A stretch of 64,000 bases of DNA from Verrucomicrobiota bacterium (GCA_039815375.1 JBCBZJ010000008.1:1-64000); one strand, 5' to 3'. Positions 44,021 through 55,523 are shown, numbered from the stretch's first letter. Translations and numbers: made by a program. The notes: generated by a model not told the origin, from the letters alone.

Positions 44021-44940
44021 CGCGCCGGAAAGTAGATCGTAGTCTGGATTTCAGATTCGGGTTCGTGATCGGCCTGAGTGTCGTAAACCTCGAAAGGAAA
44101 GCAGGCTTTGCTGGCGGAAAAGACCTTTGCGCGTCCATGGAGCATACCGGCACTCCATGCGTTGCCAAGGTGACGATAAGGTCCTGTGTGGCGGACTGCA
44201 TAAGCTTTGCATGCGGGCAGCTTACCTGAGATCAGATTGTCCGGCATGCTGGCAGGAAGTTGCTCCAGAGGAAGTCCGACGGTGTATTCGACGAGGCCTT
44301 TTGAGAGTTTCCACTTTGAATAAATGCTGAAAGGAGGTGCGGTAGGGGTGAGCTTCGAGTCCTCTGTGCACTGGAAGAGGCGCTTAAAATCAGCCTCCAT
44401 CTGGTTTGGCATCTCCTTGATCGTAGTGCTGCGCTTGAGGCCGATGTATTGGCAGCCTGAGTATTTCTGGTCGGGCATGAATTCAAGATGGCTGGGGACT
44501 CGGCCAAGGGAGGCAAGATCGCTTAGCATATTAAGACCACGGTCATAATCCATTCCGACAAGGGACTCCATCATGCCTTTTAGGAAAAACATAAAGAAAG
44601 GCAGTGTACCATCCATCCGCCAAAGTACTCGTGTGCCGGTGCCTTCTGGAGAGAAGACGAAACGGACATCGGATTTCGACTTCCATGGTTTGGTTATCGT
44701 CAACCTGTAATTGATGGAGCGCTTGTCGTCTTCTTCGATTAACTCCATGCGACCGCTTCCGGTAACCTCACCGTTCCAGGTGTAGCTGCGTCCGTCGGCA
44801 GCGAAGGCGGTTTTGGCCTCCGGTTCGGCAATCAGCCAAGGTGACCATTCGGGCCAGTGTTGGAAATCACGCACGAGTGCATAGACTTGTTCGAGAGGCG
44901 CGGGTATAGTGAGTGAACGTTCAATCAGGAGTTTTGGCAT
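44017..44940 (-). CDS. SRPBCC + GyrI-like domain protein
   Basis: RSLTI.AP...V......W.EWSPW; DYDRGL; HTGPY.HLGNAW, FEVY. Confidence 0.88.
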   Translation of the reverse strand: MPKLLIERSLTIPAPLEQVYALVRDFQHWPEWSPWLIAEPEAKTAFAADGRSYTWNGEVTGSGRMELIEEDDKRSINYRLTITKPWKSKSDVRFVFSPEGTGTRVLWRMDGTLPFFMFFLKGMMESLVGMDYDRGLNMLSDLASLGRVPSHLEFMPDQKYSGCQYIGLKRSTTIKEMPNQMEADFKRLFQCTEDSKLTPTAPPFSIYSKWKLSKGLVEYTVGLPLEQLPASMPDNLISGKLPACKAYAVRHTGPYRHLGNAWSAGMLHGRAKVFSASKACFPFEVYDTQADHEPESEIQTTIYFPAR

Positions 44941-45016
44941 GATGTGTCCTCTCTATAGCGTTTTTGTTTGGGTTGAAGTGAAAGGTAGAGTGATTTCGCG
45001 TTCCTTTTGTCTGCAT

Positions 45017-47863
45017 CTAGCCTCCGGGTGCTTTCAGAACCATGCGGACTGCATCGAGACGGAGGTGGGATTTTGCGATGTGGCGGGTGACATCGGCAAT
45101 GACGTTTTCGGCGATCTGGATTTCTTCTTCGCGGACGTTGGGGTTGACCTTCTGTAGTTCTCTCAAACGTGTAGCTTCGCCATCGAGACGGGCGTGTGCC
45201 ACTTTCATGGCCTCTTCGAGAAGGATGGATTTTGACTCACGCGCATAGTTTCGCGCTGAGCGAAGCATTTCGGGCACCAGAGCCTGCAGAAGTTCGGGGT
45301 TCTGTTTGAGCCTAAAGGCTTCCTCGTCGATACAGTCTTTGTTGATCGTGCTGTGGAGGAAATCCTCGCTCCGGTTTTCACCTGCCATATCGACTAGAAT
45401 ACGAATCGGTGTAGGTGGCAGGAAACGGTCCACATGGAGTCTGGATGGCGCGACACTTTCGAGCACGTAGATGGCTTCGATCAAAATGGGTGGTGCATCA
45501 TGTCTGGCATCTTCCCAGACGACAATGCAGCTGTTTCCCTTCTCCGAGCTGAGCATTAGGTCGATTGCACCCCGCACCATGGGATGGTCCCAGGTCAGGA
45601 AGTCTATGTCCTCACGGCCGAGTGCCTTGGTCCTGTCGCAAGTCACCGTGGTGCCCTCCTCCGGAAGGCCGGGAAAGGCATCGGTAAAGAGTTGCCCGGG
45701 CTCTAAGTGAAAAGTGCGGCTGTCGAGGTCGTCAACTGTTACGCCGAAGTGATCGAAGATGCGGTTCATGAAACCGTCCAGCGACCTTTCGGCATCCTGC
45801 TGCTGAATCTGTGCAACCAACTCCGAGGAGGCTTCTTCACGGAAGGAATTCAGCGCGATCAATCGGTCTTGCCCCTGGCTGAGCCTGTTTTCCAAGTCAT
45901 TGCGAAAACTTCGACTATCCTGGATGAGCTGCTCAATTTCTTGAAGCGTTTCAGGTTCATTGTGATGAATTTCTGCTCCGAGCTGACGGACTTGTTGGCC
46001 AAAACGATCGAGGTAGGCATTGCCGCCTTTGAGTGAGTGCTTCACGCCATCGAGGCCTTCGTGGTGCCAGCGGACGAGCAGTTCCGTCCAACTGTGCGGG
46101 AGCAACGGCAAATGGATCCGAATCGTTTCCGTCTGACCGATACGATCCAGGCGGCCGATACGCTGCTCCAGGAGTTCCGGATTGAGCGGCAGATCGAAGA
46201 GCACGAGGTGGTGGGCGAATTGGAAGTTCCGGCCTTCGCTGCCGATCTCGGAGCACAGTAGAATTCGTGCACCGTCCGGTTCAGCAAACCAGGCGGCATT
46301 GCGGTCGCGCTGAAGAAGCGTCAGTTCCTCATGGAAGAGGCCCGCCTTGACATTGATTTCCTCGAGCAGGGCATCGTAGATGGCTTGGACTTTTTCACGG
46401 GTTCGGCAAATGAGTAGGACTTTCTCATGCTCACCCAGATCCTTCAGGAGTTCCGCGAGCCACTGAATCCGCGGGCCGTGCCGGAAGTTGTAGCTTTCAG
46501 CTTCTTCCCCCACACCTGTTTCATTTTCAAATTCTCGCAGGAGTCGTGCTTCCATGTCTGCCTTGGAAATCTTGGCTCGTGGCTCGAGTTTGGCGGGAAA
46601 AGCCTCGCGTTGAGGGAATCCTTCAAGCGCATCACGCGTATTGCGAAAAATCACCCGGCCTGTTCCGTGGCGATCAACTAACTGATTCAGCAGTGATGCG
46701 GGATTCTTCAGTTCGTTCTGGAACCGGGTATCGTCAAACTCTGCGAAGACCTCTCGCAGGTAGGTGATGTCTGCAGCTTCGAGCTTTTCTCCCGTCACCA
46801 GTTTGTTGGCGACGGCGGCCACTTTCGAGTAGCTGGCTTGCTCCGCTCGGAACTTATCCAGATCAGGATATCGATCCGGGTCGAGTAGGCGCAGGCGGGC
46901 AAAGTGGCCCTCCGCTCCAAGTTGCTCCGGCGTGGCGGTGAGCAGTAAAAGTCCGTGGCTGTTTTTGGTCAGGCCTTCGACGAGTTCGTATTCCAAACTC
47001 GCCCCTTCCGGCGTCCACTCGAGATGGTGTGCTTCATCAACGACCAGCATATCCCACTTGGCCTGAAGTGCGCATTCGGCCCAGCGGGAGTGTTCCAGGA
47101 GGGTCTTGACACTACAGATGACGAGCTGGTCTTCATTGAAGGGATTGGCATCGGGGTCGACTGCAGTGGCCGACTCGCAATGGTCTGCATCAATTAAGGT
47201 GAACCAGAGGTTAAAGCGACGCAGGAGTTCCACAAACCACTGGTGAACAAGGGATTCAGGGAGAACGATGAGGATGCGCTGGGCTCGACCGGTGAGATGT
47301 AGACGGTGTAGAATGAGGCAAGCTTCGATGGTTTTTCCAAGTCCTACCTCGTCGGCCAAGAGCACGCGGGGCATGTAGCGATTGGTGACTTCGGACGCAA
47401 TATACAGTTGATGCGGAATCAAATCGATACGCCCACCGATAAAGCCGGCAACCGGAGACTGACGTGCATGATTCATCCGGCGAATCGTTTCGTAGCGTAG
47501 GTTGAACGATGCTGACTGATCAATTTGTCCTCCAATCAGCCTGTCCTCCGGTTTGCTAAAGCTGATCGTATCCGCCAGATCTGTTTCGGGAACTTCGCTA
47601 CTTCCAGCGATGTAGGTCAGCCGCCCCTCGCTCTCGCGAACCTCTTCGATTACAAGGGTCTCGCCATTTTGAGAGTGAATGGTGTCTCCCTTTCGAAACT
47701 CGACTCGTTTGATTGGTGCGTTGGCAGCAGCATAGATTCGCGCCTCGCTTGATGCTGGAAAACGAATTTCGACCTGATGTCGTGAGGCAGACTCGAGAAT
47801 GCCGAGCCCCAACTCGGGTTCGGTTTCGCTAATCCAACGTTGCCCGGGTGTAAAAACGGTCAT
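45017..47863 (-). CDS. rapA: RNA polymerase-associated SNF2 ATPase RapA
   Basis: GQRWISETEPELGLG, LADEVGLGKT, DEAH, SEIGSEGRNFQFA, EQRIGRLDRIGQ. Confidence 0.96.
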   Translation of the reverse strand: MTVFTPGQRWISETEPELGLGILESASRHQVEIRFPASSEARIYAAANAPIKRVEFRKGDTIHSQNGETLVIEEVRESEGRLTYIAGSSEVPETDLADTISFSKPEDRLIGGQIDQSASFNLRYETIRRMNHARQSPVAGFIGGRIDLIPHQLYIASEVTNRYMPRVLLADEVGLGKTIEACLILHRLHLTGRAQRILIVLPESLVHQWFVELLRRFNLWFTLIDADHCESATAVDPDANPFNEDQLVICSVKTLLEHSRWAECALQAKWDMLVVDEAHHLEWTPEGASLEYELVEGLTKNSHGLLLLTATPEQLGAEGHFARLRLLDPDRYPDLDKFRAEQASYSKVAAVANKLVTGEKLEAADITYLREVFAEFDDTRFQNELKNPASLLNQLVDRHGTGRVIFRNTRDALEGFPQREAFPAKLEPRAKISKADMEARLLREFENETGVGEEAESYNFRHGPRIQWLAELLKDLGEHEKVLLICRTREKVQAIYDALLEEINVKAGLFHEELTLLQRDRNAAWFAEPDGARILLCSEIGSEGRNFQFAHHLVLFDLPLNPELLEQRIGRLDRIGQTETIRIHLPLLPHSWTELLVRWHHEGLDGVKHSLKGGNAYLDRFGQQVRQLGAEIHHNEPETLQEIEQLIQDSRSFRNDLENRLSQGQDRLIALNSFREEASSELVAQIQQQDAERSLDGFMNRIFDHFGVTVDDLDSRTFHLEPGQLFTDAFPGLPEEGTTVTCDRTKALGREDIDFLTWDHPMVRGAIDLMLSSEKGNSCIVVWEDARHDAPPILIEAIYVLESVAPSRLHVDRFLPPTPIRILVDMAGENRSEDFLHSTINKDCIDEEAFRLKQNPELLQALVPEMLRSARNYARESKSILLEEAMKVAHARLDGEATRLRELQKVNPNVREEEIQIAENVIADVTRHIAKSHLRLDAVRMVLKAPGG

Positions 47864-48079
47864 TCCCGGATCGTCGTCTTCGCAACCTCTGAAGTCAAAG
47901 CGAAGTTTCCTGGTAGTTCTAAGGGTGCAGGTGCAGGCCGAAGCGGTATGGCGCAGTTTTCAGACAAGCCACTAGTGCGGCACAGCTTGCCTGAACGCCC
48001 TGCTCCACCAATACTCAAAAGTTTCAAATCACTGCACATCAAAATTGAAACGAGCCTCTCGTTCCCCCACTCTGCTCTG

Positions 48080-48919
48080 ATGGTTCAATCCGGAACAGAT
48101 TGGTTTATCCCCGACGGCGTCAATCAGGCTGAGGCTTTGGCGCGGAGCTCCCACATGGGTATCGGCGCGCATCAGGATGACCTCGAGTTTATGGCCTACC
48201 ATGGAATTAGCTCCTGCTATGAAAGTGAAGGTGCATGGTTTGGTGCTGTGACTTGCACGGATGGCGGTGGTAGTTCACGCGCCGGTCAGTTTGCCGACAA
48301 GAGCGATGACGAGATGAAAGTGATCCGGGCCGAAGAGCAGCGCAACGCGGCTGAGATCGGCGGCTACAGTTTTGTGGCTCAGCTTGGCTTGGCCAGTGCG
48401 CTGATCAAAGATTCTGCCGGACGGCCAAAGTTGGTCGATCTGCTCGAAGACATTTTGCTCAAGAGTCAGCCCGAAGTGCTCTATACGCATAATCCTGCAG
48501 ACCGTCATGCAAGCCATGTGGCGGTTTGTTTAGCGGTAGTCGAGGCAGTTCGTCGCTTGCCGCCCTACTCCCGTCCAAAGAAGATTTACGGCTGCGAGGT
48601 TTGGCGTGATCTCGACTGGCTCGCTCCCGAAGACAAGGTTGCGCTCGATGTCAGTGGACATCGCGAGCTGGCGGAGAAGCTGAACGCCTGCTTTCAGTCG
48701 CAAATTGCCGGTGGTAAAAACTACGGTCAGGCGGTGATGGGTCGGCGACACGCAAACGCAACCTTCCATGAAAGCCATTCCATTGATTTGGTCGATCAGC
48801 TCTGGTATGCAATGGATCTGACTCCGTTGGTTGAAGACGGGAGTCTCAGTGTAACAGAATTTGTTGAAGCCAAGCTGGATCGTTTCCGGCGATCCGTGCT
48901 CGATGAGCTTTTAGACTGA
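48080..48919 (+). CDS. PIG-L/LmbE family deacetylase
   Basis: GAHQDD, R.EEQ..AA, H...D.H..H, F.SQ. Confidence 0.88.
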   Translation: MVQSGTDWFIPDGVNQAEALARSSHMGIGAHQDDLEFMAYHGISSCYESEGAWFGAVTCTDGGGSSRAGQFADKSDDEMKVIRAEEQRNAAEIGGYSFVAQLGLASALIKDSAGRPKLVDLLEDILLKSQPEVLYTHNPADRHASHVAVCLAVVEAVRRLPPYSRPKKIYGCEVWRDLDWLAPEDKVALDVSGHRELAEKLNACFQSQIAGGKNYGQAVMGRRHANATFHESHSIDLVDQLWYAMDLTPLVEDGSLSVTEFVEAKLDRFRRSVLDELLD

Positions 48920-48982
48920 TCCAAGTCCCTGAACTACATTGACTTGACGCCGACGCCCTTTCTGTGAACGTAGCCGGTCCTC

Positions 48983-50341
48983 ATGCCAGCCACTGATACG
49001 ATTGTTGCACTTTCGACGCCACCGGGCGAGTCCGCGATTGCCGTGATTCGTCTCAGCGGTCCCGGCTGTGCAGAGCTCAGTCTGGCTATTTCAGGTAGAA
49101 AATCGCCCCTGGTCATGCGGCATGCCCACTTTTCCAAGTATCTTTCAATCAACGACAAGCAACTTGATGAAGTGGTTTTAACTTTCTACGGGGAGGGTCG
49201 ATCCTTTACCGGTGAGGATACTTTGGAAATCGCCTGTCATGGTAATCCACTCATTATTCAAAATATCCTTGAAGACCTCATGGCGCGTGGCTGTCGTCCC
49301 GCTGAAGCGGGTGAATTCACCCGAACCGCCTTTATGAATGGGAAAATGGACCTCAGTCAGGCCGAGGCGGTATCAGATCTCATCCGGGCTCGCTCTGAGC
49401 GAAGTATTGAGGCAGCGCAGAAGCAGCTTCATGGTTCGGTTGGTCGGAGAATGAGTGAGTTGACTGACCAGCTGCTCAGCGTGATGGCGCAGATTGAGGC
49501 CTATATCGATTTTCCTGAAGAAGATTTACCCGGCGAAGATCAGGCCGGTCCTGCTGCAGACCTTCGTCAATTGGTTCGAGACATCGCTGCATTGATTGAA
49601 ACGCAGCATTACAATGCTTTACTTCATGAAGGAGTAAAGACCTTGATTGTCGGCGAACCAAACGCAGGTAAGAGCAGTCTTATCAATGCACTCGTTGGCT
49701 CTGAAAGGTCTATTGTTAGTGAGATTCCGGGCACTACTCGCGATTATGTTTCAGCTTTTGTCATGCTCGGCGCATGGCGTATCGAAATTTTGGATACGGC
49801 AGGTCTACATACGGCCGGTGACAGAATCGAACGCATTGGAATCGAACATACGATCGAGCAATCCGAGACGGCAGATTTCTTTCTTCTGATGCTTGATTCG
49901 TCAGCGCCCTGCCCTGCCCTGCCGGAACCGTTGCTGGTAAGGATGAATCCTGAGAATACACTGGTTATCGAGAACAAAACGGATCTTTCAGATTCCAGAG
50001 ACCAATCCGATTTTCTAGAGGCTTTTAAGCACGTGCGGCTGTCGCTCCTTAATCGTGATGGTCTTGAGAAATTACGTCAGATTTGGCTCGAAATGATTGA
50101 GTCTGGAGTTCACGTGCCACAGTCAGATGGCGTAATTGTCAATGCGCGTCATGCTACTGAACTTCAGCAAGCCGTTGATAATCTGAAGCTTGCATTGTTA
50201 AAGATGAAAGACGGCGAGCTGTCCGAGTTGATTGCCGCAGACCTCCGTGACGCAGTCGAATCAATTGGCAAGGTTGTGGGTAAAGTCGACAACGAGCGTA
50301 TGTTGGACAGTCTTTTCAAACAATTCTGCATTGGGAAATGA
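48983..50341 (+). CDS. mnmE: tRNA modification GTPase MnmE
   Basis: [48 protein letters not shown]. Confidence 0.97.
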   Translation: MPATDTIVALSTPPGESAIAVIRLSGPGCAELSLAISGRKSPLVMRHAHFSKYLSINDKQLDEVVLTFYGEGRSFTGEDTLEIACHGNPLIIQNILEDLMARGCRPAEAGEFTRTAFMNGKMDLSQAEAVSDLIRARSERSIEAAQKQLHGSVGRRMSELTDQLLSVMAQIEAYIDFPEEDLPGEDQAGPAADLRQLVRDIAALIETQHYNALLHEGVKTLIVGEPNAGKSSLINALVGSERSIVSEIPGTTRDYVSAFVMLGAWRIEILDTAGLHTAGDRIERIGIEHTIEQSETADFFLLMLDSSAPCPALPEPLLVRMNPENTLVIENKTDLSDSRDQSDFLEAFKHVRLSLLNRDGLEKLRQIWLEMIESGVHVPQSDGVIVNARHATELQQAVDNLKLALLKMKDGELSELIAADLRDAVESIGKVVGKVDNERMLDSLFKQFCIGK

Positions 50342-52263
50342 GCGCAGGACTAAAACACGGGAAACACCAGCCATACGACGTAATTGTCTGTGGTGCAGGC
50401 CATGCAGGTTGTGAAGCCGCTTTGGCTGCCTCGCGTCTTGGTGCCAGCACCCTACTCCTGACGGGTAATTTGGATACGATTGCCCAGATGAGTTGCAATC
50501 CGGCGATTGGCGGCCAGGCCAAGGGCCATATGGTCCGTGAAATTGATGCCTTGGGCGGCGAAATGGCCATTAATACAGACACAACGGCGATCCAGTTCAG
50601 GTTGCTGAATGCATCCAAGGGGCCGGCAGTTCAGGCCCCTAGAGCGCAATGCGATAAAAAAGCCTACCAATTTCGTATGAAACATATCATCGAGCTGCAA
50701 AACGATCTGGATCTATTCCAGGCCATGGTGCAGGGCTTGATTTTTGATGGAGACCGCGTTGCAGGAGTCCGGACGAATCTGGATATCGAATTCTATGCCA
50801 AAACGGTGGTTGTAACCACCGGGACCTTCCTACGCGGACTTATGCATGTCGGCCAGAACAAGAATGAAGGCGGCCGGATGGGCGATTTTTCGGCAAAGGG
50901 GCTGTCCGGGTCGTTTTTAGAGGCAGGAATTGAGCTCGAACGTCTGAAAACCGGCACGCCGGCTCGAATTTTGGGTAGTAGCATCGATTTTTCGAATTTG
51001 GAGGAGCAAAAGGGCGATCCGGAGCCGACTCTCTTTGCTTTTTACGATACCCGAGGCTTGAGCGATTTGTTCCACGTGGAACAATCGGAAGAAAAGGAGC
51101 GATTAATTCGTGAATTGTTCCACGTGGAACATTTTGGCCAGGAGAAGCTTGGTTGGTTACCGGGTGAAGACCAAGTTTCGTGTTGGATGACCTATACTGG
51201 CGAAAAGACCAAGCAGGTAGTTGAGGGCAACTTGCACCTTTCGGCAATGTATTCAGGTGAGATCGAGGGAACCGGGCCACGTTATTGTCCCAGCATCGAG
51301 GATAAGTTTGTGCGTTTTACCGACAAGGACCGGCATATGCTTTTTTTGGAGCCGGAAGGGCGTAACACAAACGAATGGTATATCAACGGTCTCTCGACCA
51401 GTTTGCCCTTTGAAGTACAGCTGGATATGCTGCGTAGTATCGATGGTCTCGAGAGCGTCCATATGCTGCGCCCGGCCTATGCGGTGGAGTATGATTTTGC
51501 GCCGCCGACACAGCTTTTTCCTACGCTTGAATCGAAGAAGGTGGAAAACTTGTTCTTTGCCGGCCAAATCAATGGAACGAGCGGCTATGAAGAAGCCGCA
51601 GGTCAGGGGCTGATTGCCGGCGTCAATGCGGTGCAGAAGATTAGGGCAGGGGAGCCATTAGTCTTGAAACGCCATGAGGCCTACCTCGGCGTGCTGATTG
51701 ACGACCTTGTTACGAAAGGGACCCAGGAGCCCTATCGGATGTTCTCAAGTCGTGCGGAGCACCGTCTGCTTTTCAATCATCCAAGTGCGGAACTTCGTCT
51801 TCTAGAACATTCCAAAAGATTGCAATTAATTGATAGTCAACGCATTGAGAAGATAGAAGAAAAGTCGAAGTCAATAGATCAATGGTCTGATCGTTTGGAA
51901 AATGAGCGCCTTGACGGAGAGACTTATGCGCTGCATTTGCGCCGTTCGCGTTCACAGGGAGACTTCCCGGATGCACTTAAGGCCGAACCACGTGAAGTCC
52001 GTGACGAAGTGCACTACCGAGTTGTCTTTAAGGGTTATTTGGAGCGTGAGCAAAAGCAGATCGAGAAGATGCGGCACATCGATAAGATTAAGATTCCGGA
52101 GCATTTTGATTTCTCCGAAGTAAAGGGCCTTCGCAATGAGAGCGCGCAAAAACTCAAGGAAATCGCTCCGCAGACTTTGGGGCAGGCCAGCCGCATCAGT
52201 GGGGTCAATCCAGCGGATATCAGTATTTTAATGGTTCATCTGGAAGCTCGCTCAGGTCGATGA
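50338..52263 (+). CDS. mnmG: tRNA uridine-5-carboxymethylaminomethyl modification enzyme MnmG
   Basis: [49 protein letters not shown]. Confidence 0.97.
   Translation: MSAGLKHGKHQPYDVIVCGAGHAGCEAALAASRLGASTLLLTGNLDTIAQMSCNPAIGGQAKGHMVREIDALGGEMAINTDTTAIQFRLLNASKGPAVQAPRAQCDKKAYQFRMKHIIELQNDLDLFQAMVQGLIFDGDRVAGVRTNLDIEFYAKTVVVTTGTFLRGLMHVGQNKNEGGRMGDFSAKGLSGSFLEAGIELERLKTGTPARILGSSIDFSNLEEQKGDPEPTLFAFYDTRGLSDLFHVEQSEEKERLIRELFHVEHFGQEKLGWLPGEDQVSCWMTYTGEKTKQVVEGNLHLSAMYSGEIEGTGPRYCPSIEDKFVRFTDKDRHMLFLEPEGRNTNEWYINGLSTSLPFEVQLDMLRSIDGLESVHMLRPAYAVEYDFAPPTQLFPTLESKKVENLFFAGQINGTSGYEEAAGQGLIAGVNAVQKIRAGEPLVLKRHEAYLGVLIDDLVTKGTQEPYRMFSSRAEHRLLFNHPSAELRLLEHSKRLQLIDSQRIEKIEEKSKSIDQWSDRLENERLDGETYALHLRRSRSQGDFPDALKAEPREVRDEVHYRVVFKGYLEREQKQIEKMRHIDKIKIPEHFDFSEVKGLRNESAQKLKEIAPQTLGQASRISGVNPADISILMVHLEARSGR
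51068..51083. other. parS centromere-like site 1 (inside mnmG)
   Basis: Perfect palindrome TGTTCCACGTGGAACA matching the parS consensus TGTTNCACGTGAAACA. Confidence 0.88.
51116..51131. other. parS centromere-like site 2 (inside mnmG)
   Basis: Second identical TGTTCCACGTGGAACA, 48 bp after the first. Confidence 0.88.
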
Positions 52264-52288
52264 ATTGTAGGCCTGGGAGCCTCGTCAG

Positions 52289-52306
52289 GTCACAGTTACG
52301 TCACAT
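52289..52306 (+). promoter_or_regulatory. Pho-box-like direct repeat
   Basis: GTCACA at 52289 and 52300 (11-bp period), upstream of a phoB-like gene. Confidence 0.45.
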
Positions 52307-52473
52307 CAAGGTGTCGAACCGGTAAAATCCATTTCTCTTGGCAGGACATGCGGTCTTCTGCGTTGACGGCTCCGCGACCTGAGACCCAATGAGCTTTGTT
52401 ACATTTGCCAGTCTTTCTGCTGGCACATTCACTTTAAAGTCACATATCCACAAAGCCTGCCTGGAGACCATCG

Positions 52474-53175
52474 ATGATGACCTTGTCTAAAACGAATCGT
52501 ATTCTTGTGCTCGATGACGAGCCAGACGTGACCGAATTATTGGAATATAAGCTGGAGCAGGAAGGTTACAAAGTCGAGGTTCTGAATGATCCTTTGGCTT
52601 TCGTGGCAAAGGTCCGTGATTTCGAGCCTGATTTGATGGTGCTCGATATTATGATGCCGGAGTTGAACGGTCTTCAGCTCTGCCGCATCGCACGTTCCGA
52701 TCCAGCGATGAAAGAGATCCCGATCATTTTTCTCACTGCTAAGGGAGAAGCTGAGGATCGGGTCAGGGGCCTTGAAACCGGAGCCGATGACTATATATCT
52801 AAACCGTTCAATACCAAAGAGTTAATGCTTAGGGTAGGGAATGTTCTTAACCGTGGTTTGAAAAGTGAGTCTGCCGGGGTGAAGCGAATAGAGATTGCAG
52901 GTGTTGTCATCGATGAGGAGTTGCATCAGCTCACTGTCGATGCCGAAAACATCCCCTTGACTGCGACTGAGTTTCGTCTGCTTAAGCTCTTGATGGAGCG
53001 GAAGGGAAGGGTGCAGTCGCGTGAGCATTTGCTCGTCAATGTCTGGCATTATGACACGGATATTGAGACGCGCACAGTGGACACCCATGTGCGCCGCGTC
53101 CGTGAAAAGCTCGGCCCTTATGCACATTTGATTGAGACAGTGCGTGGCGTCGGCTACCGTGCCGTCGATATTTGA
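52474..53175 (+). CDS. phoB: OmpR/PhoB family response regulator (PhoB-like)
   Basis: REC domain plus LTATEFRLL, RVQSRE.LL, TRTVDTHVRRVREKL, ETVRGVGY. Confidence 0.75.
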   Translation: MMTLSKTNRILVLDDEPDVTELLEYKLEQEGYKVEVLNDPLAFVAKVRDFEPDLMVLDIMMPELNGLQLCRIARSDPAMKEIPIIFLTAKGEAEDRVRGLETGADDYISKPFNTKELMLRVGNVLNRGLKSESAGVKRIEIAGVVIDEELHQLTVDAENIPLTATEFRLLKLLMERKGRVQSREHLLVNVWHYDTDIETRTVDTHVRRVREKLGPYAHLIETVRGVGYRAVDI

Positions 53176-54467
53176 TGGCTTGGCTTTTTTTCATTATAAC
53201 GCTCATCGTCGCGATTGGGCTGGCCCGGCGCGGTTTGCGGATGCGCCGTCTCATACGAGACTTGGAGGATGCTGCCCGATCGAAGCGCCGTCTTTTGCCC
53301 GAGGAATCCGAACTTACCTTGAAGGCGCTGGGTGTCGACGGTCTGGTTCGGGAGCTTAATGATGCGATCGATCGTTATAACCACCATGAAGCTGAAAATG
53401 CGGGGTATTTGGGACAAGTGGAAGCCATGCTGCGTGCAGTGCAGGAGGTGGTTATCGTATTTAATACAGAGCGTAAGGTGGAGTTTGCCAACCGTGCGGC
53501 GGAGCGTCTCTTTCGCAATGGGCAGTCACTGAAAGGCCTTCGTTTGGAAGGTGTGATGCGTTCGCTGGCGCTGCTGGAGTTTCTCGAATCTCCGGAAGAG
53601 ACGGAGACGGTGGAACCGAAGCAGATTAATATTGGGCAGGACAATGAGACGCTCTGGTTCGAAGCCTCTTGTGCAAGAGTCCGCAGTATTGAAGGCGGCA
53701 ACAATGCAAGTTCCACTTTGCTCGTTTTGCACGATATCACACAGCTTAAGCGGCTGGAAGTGATGCGGCGCGACTTCGTAGCCAATGTTTCCCACGAGCT
53801 GCGAACACCTTTAACCATTATCAAGGGTTTTGCCGAAACCCTGGTCGATGACGATGCCACCTTGAAATCAGACGCGAGACGTCGCTTTCTCGGTAAGATT
53901 GTGGGCAACGCAGAGCGGCTGAATGTGCTGGTTGAGGACTTGCTGACACTCTCGCGTCTGGAGTCGAAGCCGGATCAATTCGATCCTGTTGTTCAGTCGC
54001 TGAAGGGGCTAATGGAGGATACGATCGAGAACTACCGCCCGCGCATTCATATCGGCCAGCAGGTGATGTGTTTATCTTATGACGAGCGAGTGGGGGATTT
54101 CGCATTCGATCAATATCGTATCAACCAGGTCCTTGATAACCTGGTTGAAAACGTCTTTCGCTATGCTCCGGAGTTTACCAGTCTGGTCATGAAGGTCGAG
54201 TATGATGAGGCGGGCAACATGGTCGTCTGTTCGGTCAACGACGATGGCCCCGGCATCCCCGAGAAAGACATCTCGCACATCTTTGAACGCTTTTATCGTG
54301 TCGATAAAGGCCGCTCTCGTGAGGGTGGTGGCACGGGCCTCGGCCTGAGCATTGTGAAGCATATCATTCAACTGCATGGTGGCACCGTCCATGCAGAGAG
54401 TGGTCTGGAGGGGGGCACCTCGATTGTTTTCAAGTTGCCTTATAAGACTGAAGCAGCCCCTGCCTAG
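53175..54467 (+). CDS. phoR: PhoR-like sensor histidine kinase (PAS-HisKA-HATPase)
   Basis: RRDFVANVSHELRTPLT, FERFYRVDKGRSR, GGTGLGLSIVKH. Confidence 0.75.
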   Translation: MAWLFFIITLIVAIGLARRGLRMRRLIRDLEDAARSKRRLLPEESELTLKALGVDGLVRELNDAIDRYNHHEAENAGYLGQVEAMLRAVQEVVIVFNTERKVEFANRAAERLFRNGQSLKGLRLEGVMRSLALLEFLESPEETETVEPKQINIGQDNETLWFEASCARVRSIEGGNNASSTLLVLHDITQLKRLEVMRRDFVANVSHELRTPLTIIKGFAETLVDDDATLKSDARRRFLGKIVGNAERLNVLVEDLLTLSRLESKPDQFDPVVQSLKGLMEDTIENYRPRIHIGQQVMCLSYDERVGDFAFDQYRINQVLDNLVENVFRYAPEFTSLVMKVEYDEAGNMVVCSVNDDGPGIPEKDISHIFERFYRVDKGRSREGGGTGLGLSIVKHIIQLHGGTVHAESGLEGGTSIVFKLPYKTEAAPA

Positions 54468-54509
54468 ACGCTTGACGGCTCCACGGCTCGCCCCGCATAA
54501 ATCGCGGCG

Positions 54510-55106
54510 ATGGAAATTTCAGAAAGTTACGCTCGCGAGTTAGCCAAGCAGGCAGAGCGCAAAGCCGAGCTGCGCGCGGTCCTTGAATCGGATCTTGCTG
54601 GCGTGGAATCAATCCTCTTTGAAGCTGGCTGTGGCCATGGGCACTGGCTGACGGGCTACGCAGAGGCTCATCCCGAGAAGATCTGTGTGGGGGTCGACCT
54701 GATTTCGTGGCGAATCCGTAAAGGTTTGGACAAACGCGAGAAGCGTGGTCTGAGAAACCTTCACTTCTATAAAGCCGAGCTTGTTGAATTCCTGGAAGTG
54801 CTTCCGCCTGAGATTCGCTTTGAACGAACGGTTCTCCTTTTTCCGGATCCCTGGCCCAAAGCCCGCCACCACCGTCGTCGTATGGTGCAGACTGAGCTCT
54901 TGGACCAGGTGGCCAAGCGGACGGGCCGGGGAGGGCAGTTCTGCTTTCGTTCGGATGATCGACCTTATTTCGACTGGACCATTGAGCATTTAGCGGCCCA
55001 TTCGGAATGGCAGATCGACGAATCGGCAGACTGGCCCCATGAGCAAGAGACCTACTTCCAAGACCTGATGGACGAGTATCATTCGGTCGTCGCAGTCAGA
55101 GCCTAG
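54510..55106 (+). CDS. trmB: tRNA (guanine-N7)-methyltransferase
   Basis: [22 protein letters not shown]. Confidence 0.9.
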   Translation: MEISESYARELAKQAERKAELRAVLESDLAGVESILFEAGCGHGHWLTGYAEAHPEKICVGVDLISWRIRKGLDKREKRGLRNLHFYKAELVEFLEVLPPEIRFERTVLLFPDPWPKARHHRRRMVQTELLDQVAKRTGRGGQFCFRSDDRPYFDWTIEHLAAHSEWQIDESADWPHEQETYFQDLMDEYHSVVAVRA

Positions 55107-55342
55107 ATCACATCGAGCCAGATGATGAGGGCGAGCTGTGCGACAAGCGCGACCGTGAGCAGCGCATAGACAAAGAGCATGAAGTAGTCGGTGGCAAACT
55201 TGCGCTCGGGCAGTTGTTTTGGCTTCCGAGGCTTCGGGTTTTCCCGAGTATCTCCCCCCCCGACAACCACTGAACTGCCCTTGTGATCACGAAGGTGGGA
55301 AATCCGATCTGTTAGATTAGTCAGCTCAGGCATGCGGGGCAT
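55103..55342 (-). CDS. Small hypothetical membrane protein
   Basis: C-terminal TM helix; start uncertain (55342 or 55333). Confidence 0.55.
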   Translation of the reverse strand: MPRMPELTNLTDRISHLRDHKGSSVVVGGGDTRENPKPRKPKQLPERKFATDYFMLFVYALLTVALVAQLALIIWLDVI

Positions 55343-55523
55343 AACATTTAAGGGGAGGGAGCATCTGGCAAGTTTAGAACCAGCCACCTGAATAATGGGT
55401 GCCATTAGCAGACCTTATCCTGCTCTACGTCCCGCAAATCGGGTGTTGACGAGGGTAAGAAGCGTCTTCATCACGTTCGGCTTTTCTCGGTCTTGGCCGC
55501 GTCAATCAACCCTCAGGTTCTTT

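Noticed and set aside
51068..51131. Two identical 16-mers with a 32-bp spacer as a mini-CRISPR
   Set aside because: Only two short repeats, in frame in an intact gene, no cas genes; they match parS
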